Assembly: GCA_041648395.1 (NCBI GenBank)
Contig: JBAZPC010000004.1
Span: 1-36,791, forward strand
From: Minisyncoccota bacterium
GTDB taxonomy: Bacteria; Patescibacteriota; Minisyncoccia; UBA9983
DNA: 36,791 nt
Direction of reading: 5' to 3'
Shown here: positions 33,412-36,791 of the stretch, piece after piece
How positions within the stretch are numbered: position 1 is the stretch's first letter
Layout of the letters: each line of letters opens with the position of its first letter
Made by a program: the position numbers and the translations under genes
The notes under the pieces: generated by a model
Told to the model about the DNA's origin: nothing
The model's database searches: none
What the model saw: the letters and a program-made list of their open reading frames with translations, nothing else

Positions 33412-34467
33412 ATGGATAAATTAAACAAAAAACAACAAAATGTTATCACAATACTCCTTGAAAAAAGCGATTTGTCATCTTCGGATATTCATGCAGGGTT
33501 AGCCAAAAAAGGGGAGGATATGGCTTTAGTAACAACTAAGCGCATACTATCAGAAATGGCTAAACTGGGGTTACTTGCGATTCACGGTTCAGGCCCAGCC
33601 ATCAAATATACATTGAGCGCGCCCGGGCGGTTGAATGCCGACATTGACGCAAAAATTTACTGCGCCATTGAGCCGGACAAACGATACGGGATGAGCCTTT
33701 TTAATTTTGAACTTTTACCGGCAATTTCCTCCGATATTTTACAAGCTGGCGAAATAGATATTTTAGAAAAAGCTACCAAAGAATATTACCGTCGCACGGC
33801 GGACATATCGGATGCTATCCAAAAAAAAGAATTGGAGCGGCTGGTCATTGAGCTTTCATGGAAATCTTCCAGAATTGAAGGAAATACTTACACGCTTTTA
33901 GATACGGAAAAACTTATTTTGGAAAACAAAAGAGCACCTGGCCACGCCAAAAGCGAGGCACAGATGATATTAAATCACAAAAACGCCTTTACGTTTGTTC
34001 ATGAAAATTCAAACCAGTTTAAAAATTTGACACGAGCGAACTTGGAAAAACTGCACGCTATTTTGACGGAGAAATTAAGTGTTGATTTTGGTTTTAGAAA
34101 AAAACCCGTGGGCGTGCTTGGTTCAAAATATCAGCCGCTTGATAATATACATCAAATAACTGATGCCGTAGACACTCTCTCGCTCGCTGTTTCCAGAATG
34201 GCAACTCCTTACGCTAAAGCGCTTGTCGCGCTGCTGGGAATTAGTTATATTCAGCCGTTTGAAGACGGCAATAAAAGAACCTCTCGGATTATGGCAAACG
34301 CCCTGCTTTTAGCGCACGGTCGCGCACCTTTGTCGTACCGAAGCGTTGATGAGAATGAATACCGCGAAGCAATGCTGGTATTTTACGAATTAAATTCAGC
34401 GGTTCCGTTTCGGCGCATATTCGTATCCCAATACGATTTCGCGGCGCGGAATTACGCAATGAAATAA
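33412..34467 (+). CDS. Fic/DOC family protein with N-terminal HTH-like region; His-to-Gln motif variant
   Basis: SSRIEGNT, LHAIL, YIQPFEDGNKRTSR. Confidence 0.88.
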   Translation: MDKLNKKQQNVITILLEKSDLSSSDIHAGLAKKGEDMALVTTKRILSEMAKLGLLAIHGSGPAIKYTLSAPGRLNADIDAKIYCAIEPDKRYGMSLFNFELLPAISSDILQAGEIDILEKATKEYYRRTADISDAIQKKELERLVIELSWKSSRIEGNTYTLLDTEKLILENKRAPGHAKSEAQMILNHKNAFTFVHENSNQFKNLTRANLEKLHAILTEKLSVDFGFRKKPVGVLGSKYQPLDNIHQITDAVDTLSLAVSRMATPYAKALVALLGISYIQPFEDGNKRTSRIMANALLLAHGRAPLSYRSVDENEYREAMLVFYELNSAVPFRRIFVSQYDFAARNYAMK

Positions 34468-34517
34468 TTTATACAAACTATGAATTTTATATTAAAAAAA
34501 ACGATAAAATAAACTCA

Positions 34518-36791
34518 ATGAGACCTGCATGGAAATCCCCAATCGCTTCTCATAGCCGTTTGCGCACGCGGTATTATGATATGCGTGAAAAGGCGAAACG
34601 CATCGCCTTGATTTTAGGAGTGGCTGTTTTTATTTTCTTCACCTTTCAATACTTCTCCTTAGTATCAAAATCATATGCCTATCTTTTGAACGCCTCGGAT
34701 TTATTGGGCCAGTTGGATGAAAACGACCAGCCGGTTTATACAAAAATGGGTATTGGTAATTCGCCAAATAATTCTGGGTTAAATTATCCTTTGGCGGGCA
34801 TAGGCGGTGTTACAGTTGATTCTTCTAACCATCGATTATTTCTTTCTGATACCTATAACAATAGAGTTTTGATTTTTAATCTCGATATTAATAATCATCT
34901 CATTGATCGAATAGCCGATTATGTCCTAGGACAACTTAATTTTTCGACCAATCAAGGAGGTATTGGTTCTAATGTTTTGAATCATCCAACCAATTTAATT
35001 TACGACGCAGACGGGCAACGCCTCTTTGTTCTTGACCCTGACAATAATCGAATTTTAATATTTGATGTTAATATAATAATTAACGGAGAAAATGCTGTTA
35101 ATGTATTGGGGCAAAATGATTTTTTAAGCAATACATCTGGATTGGGCCCCAATAAATTAACATTAGGATCTAGTGAGGTTAATGGTTTAACTTATGATTC
35201 AGTTAATAAACGATTGTTTGTTGGCGACCTTGGTAATAATCGTATAATGATTTTTGATGTATTAACAATCACCAATGGAGAAAATGCCGTTAATGTTTTG
35301 GGAGCTATTAATTTAACTACTCTCGGTAGTGGTGCCTGTGCTACTAGTTCTGTTTATGCGGTCACAGATTTAACTTATGATTCAACGAAACAATTCCTTT
35401 ATGTAGTTGCTGGTTGGGCATTAACATCACAAAGAGTTTTGGTATTTGATGTCAATTCTATAACTAATGGCGAAGATGCCATAAACGTTCTTGGCCAACA
35501 AGATTTTATTACTTGTACGGACGGAGTTGCTGCAAATAAATTTTCTTACCCAATGGGAGCAGTTATTGATCAAGCTAATCAAAAACTATATGTTGCCGAT
35601 CAAAATAATTTCCGTATTCTTATTTTTGATGTATCAACAATCACCAATGGAGAAAATGCCGTTAATGTTTTGGGACAGACAGATTTTATTTCCAATTCTG
35701 GCGGGACAACTCAAGATAAATTAAACCAACCGACGGCCTTAGCTTTATCAAATAACCAGTTGTTTGTTATTGATACAAGAAATAATCGTTTAGTAATTTT
35801 TGATACGGAAGTAATTTCCAATGGTGAAGCAATGGTTGACTTAATAGGTCAGACCGATGATTTATATAATGCTGTTTATACTAACTCAAATGTGAATAAT
35901 TCCCCAAATGGAAGAGGTTTTAATAGCCCAACTCATAGCGCTTTAGATTCTATTAACCGTCGTTTGTTTATTGCTGATTATTCTAACAATCGTATTCTTA
36001 TTTTTAATTTAGATGCGAACGATAGGCCTCAAGATTATATGGCTGATTATGTTTTGGGACAGACAGATTTTATTTCAAATATTAGCGGTGTGACACAAAA
36101 TAAATTTTCAGGTCCGGTGCGGTTACACTATGATTCTGATCATAATAGACTTTTTGTGTTAGACAGGAATAATAGTAGAATTCTTATTTTTGATCTTTCT
36201 TCTGGTATTATCAACGGCATGAATGCTTCTTACGTTTTAGGACAGACAGATTTTATTTCAAACATATCAATCACCACCCAGAGCGGTCTTAGTAGCTCTC
36301 GTGGTTTAACATATGATTCAATAAATCAAAAGCTTTTTGTTGCGGACAGTTCTAATAGCCGCGTCATGATTTTTGATGTGGCCTCTATTACCAATGGCGA
36401 AGATGCTGTGAATGTTTTAGGACAAACTGATTTTATTTCAAACGGGGTCACTCCCACTCAAAGCGGGTTAAATTATCCTGATGGCGTTGCCTACGATTCT
36501 ACCAACCAAAGATTATTTGTTGCGGATAAATTTAATAACCGCGTCATGATTTTTGATGTGGCCTCTATTACCAATGGCGAAGATGCTGTGAATGTTTTAG
36601 GACAGACAGATTTTATTTCAAACATATCAATCACCACCCAGAGCGGTCTTAGTAGCTCTCGTGATTTAACATATGATTCAATAAATCAAAAGCTTTTTGT
36701 TGCGGACAGTTCTAATAGCCGCGTCATGATTTTTGATGTGGCCTCTATTACCAATGGCGAAGATGCTGTGAATGTTTTAGGACAAACTGAT
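34518..36791 (+). CDS. Large NHL-repeat/beta-propeller surface protein, 3'-truncated by window (alternative start 34581)
   Basis: Missing from ORF track (no stop). The frame is open for 758 codons, with an N-terminal hydrophobic segment and 12 (V/L)(L/I)G(Q/A) units about 60 aa apart, e.g. RVMIFDVASITNGEDAVNVLGQTDF. Confidence 0.85.
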   Translation, partial: MRPAWKSPIASHSRLRTRYYDMREKAKRIALILGVAVFIFFTFQYFSLVSKSYAYLLNASDLLGQLDENDQPVYTKMGIGNSPNNSGLNYPLAGIGGVTVDSSNHRLFLSDTYNNRVLIFNLDINNHLIDRIADYVLGQLNFSTNQGGIGSNVLNHPTNLIYDADGQRLFVLDPDNNRILIFDVNIIINGENAVNVLGQNDFLSNTSGLGPNKLTLGSSEVNGLTYDSVNKRLFVGDLGNNRIMIFDVLTITNGENAVNVLGAINLTTLGSGACATSSVYAVTDLTYDSTKQFLYVVAGWALTSQRVLVFDVNSITNGEDAINVLGQQDFITCTDGVAANKFSYPMGAVIDQANQKLYVADQNNFRILIFDVSTITNGENAVNVLGQTDFISNSGGTTQDKLNQPTALALSNNQLFVIDTRNNRLVIFDTEVISNGEAMVDLIGQTDDLYNAVYTNSNVNNSPNGRGFNSPTHSALDSINRRLFIADYSNNRILIFNLDANDRPQDYMADYVLGQTDFISNISGVTQNKFSGPVRLHYDSDHNRLFVLDRNNSRILIFDLSSGIINGMNASYVLGQTDFISNISITTQSGLSSSRGLTYDSINQKLFVADSSNSRVMIFDVASITNGEDAVNVLGQTDFISNGVTPTQSGLNYPDGVAYDSTNQRLFVADKFNNRVMIFDVASITNGEDAVNVLGQTDFISNISITTQSGLSSSRDLTYDSINQKLFVADSSNSRVMIFDVASITNGEDAVNVLGQTD
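36234..36791 (+). repeat. Near-identical 360-bp-period intragenic duplication
   Basis: 36234-36431 vs 36594-36791: 1 mismatch in 198 bp. The 60-nt blocks at 36361, 36541 and 36721 are identical. Confidence 0.95.

Noticed and set aside
35491-35724. 77-aa ORF listed in the track
   Set aside because: An alternative frame inside the long open NHL-repeat gene.
36234-36791. NHL repeats as a DGR TR/VR pair
   Set aside because: Both copies are in-frame inside one ORF and differ at a single site (G36304/A36664), which is ordinary tandem duplication.
1-36791. DGR template repeat or reverse transcriptase for gene 173..850
   Set aside because: I found no second copy of 731-850 and no YxDD-type RT ORF in the window.
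1-36791. Alternative genetic code (TGA=Gly/Trp)
   Set aside because: TGA ends several complete genes at expected lengths (GH1, UDG, comEC, MBL hydrolase), and conserved ORFs have no internal TGA.

Overview
Chromosomal segment of a low-GC, small-genome bacterium, most likely Patescibacteria/CPR (Parcubacteria-like; inferred from gene content and style). TGA acts as a stop, so standard code 11 applies. The housekeeping backbone is recJ, rnhA, a split comEC, ndk, a beta-CASP MBL hydrolase, a P-type ATPase, permeases, UDG, infC-rpmI-rplT, ssrA (tmRNA) with smpB, ftsH, a partial S10/spc cluster (rplW-rplX, no rpmC) and recG. RNA genes also include tRNA-Ile(UAU), tRNA-Ser(GCU) and a compact 6S-like RNA. 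Accessory features: (i) the 5' end of an IS30-like transposase beside a gene whose A-depleted 3' end and downstream hairpin resemble a remote DGR target; (ii) a GH1 / EamA-glycoside-hydrolase fusion / ROK kinase sugar cluster; (iii) three divergent stand-alone GIY-YIG genes within 4.5 kb, one in a 310-bp unit with 24-bp terminal inverted repeats and a TATG target-site duplication at the rplW start codon, one inside an array of alternating hairpin modules between smpB and ssrA, and one behind a REP-like hairpin at the tmRNA 3' end; (iv) a NYN gene bracketed by a 54-bp duplication of the infC promoter and 5' end; (v) short palindromes sitting in-frame in recJ, comEC, the ATPase and UDG; (vi) a Fic variant with an operator-like repeat; (vii) a large NHL-repeat protein with recent internal duplication running off the window end. 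Family assignments come from motif recognition by eye; no database searches were run.
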